Of a stretch of DNA of 18,917 bases, positions 18,556 to 18,917 are shown piece after piece (position 1 is the first letter of the stretch; each line of letters begins with the position of its first letter). Source of the DNA: an uncultured bacterium (GTDB lineage: Bacteria; CSSED10-310; CAZUFC01); the NCBI GenBank assembly GCA_964619725.1, contig CAZUFC010000148.1:1-18917 (forward strand). The letters run 5' to 3'. A program made the position numbers and the translations under genes. A model generated the notes under the pieces. The model saw only the letters and a list, made by a program, of their open reading frames with translations, had not been told where the DNA came from and made no database searches.

Positions 18556-18699
18556 ATGAAAGTAACGTTGGAACTCGACGTCATTACAGTAAGAAAGGCA
18601 ATGGAACTGGCGGGCATTCGTCAGGAACAGAGATTGATCAACCTGGCGCTGAAGGAGTTGATCGTGCAGAAGGAGAGGGAGAAAAGGGTCGGCATTTAG
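18556..18699 (+). CDS. VapB-family (ribbon-helix-helix) antitoxin-like protein, 47 aa
   Basis: Not in the ORF track. ATG 18556 after GAGG gives MKVTLELDVITVRKAMELAGIRQEQRLINLALKELIVQKEREKRVGI*, matching the VapB pattern M(R/K)TxIxLDxxLxxxAMxLxGxxxKxxxVNxALxEL. Confidence 0.65.
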   Translation: MKVTLELDVITVRKAMELAGIRQEQRLINLALKELIVQKEREKRVGI

Positions 18700-18719
18700 T
18701 ACGACTGATGGGGTCGGAA

Positions 18720-18755
18720 CTTTATTCCGCCATTCTGAGAGGGCAGGAAATAAAG
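18720..18755. terminator. Imperfect hairpin after the cassette; possible terminator
   Basis: CTTTATT-CC-GCC...GGC-AGG-AAATAAAG. No clean U-tract. Confidence 0.25.
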
Positions 18756-18917
18756 GGTTAGCGAGTGTCTGTCCACAAACTCGATGCTCGATTCAAAATT
18801 TAATACTGGACAGCCACTTGGGTTTATGGACAAAAACCAGGAAGTTTCAGTCTCAGGCCAGGTGTTGCGTTGCATTCCCACGGACAACCTTTGTTGCAAA
18901 TAGGCCGGCAAACTTAT

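Noticed and set aside
18534-18761. 75-aa ORF from the track after dnaE2
   Set aside because: The overlapping frame 18556-18699 has an RBS and a recognisable VapB-like pattern, so it is preferred.

Overview
Bacterial chromosomal window with three parts. (1) 1164-7576, minus strand: cell-surface genes. These are a 997-aa secreted protein (three ~197-aa repeat domains, Ser/Thr/Pro stalk, IPTL-CTERM-like anchor), a 736-aa collagen-like fibre protein, and a 5'-truncated beta-helix gene remnant. (2) 7607-11906, plus strand: a small gene remnant, a prenyltransferase/terpene-cyclase-fold hypothetical protein, and two tandem 372-aa Cys-rich histidine-kinase paralogs with no response regulator in the window. 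(3) 12011-18699, plus strand: an SOS mutagenesis cassette made of lexA, an intact dinB, a second catalytically degenerate dinB-like gene, dnaE2 and a small VapB-like gene missed by the ORF track. No imuA is recognisable. An identical 18-bp motif (CTTTCGCCCTTTGTTCGC, containing TTTC-N7-GTTC) occurs twice, inverted, at the lexA promoter and once before the second Y-family gene, and is probably the LexA operator. Family assignments come from motif recognition by eye; no database searches were run.
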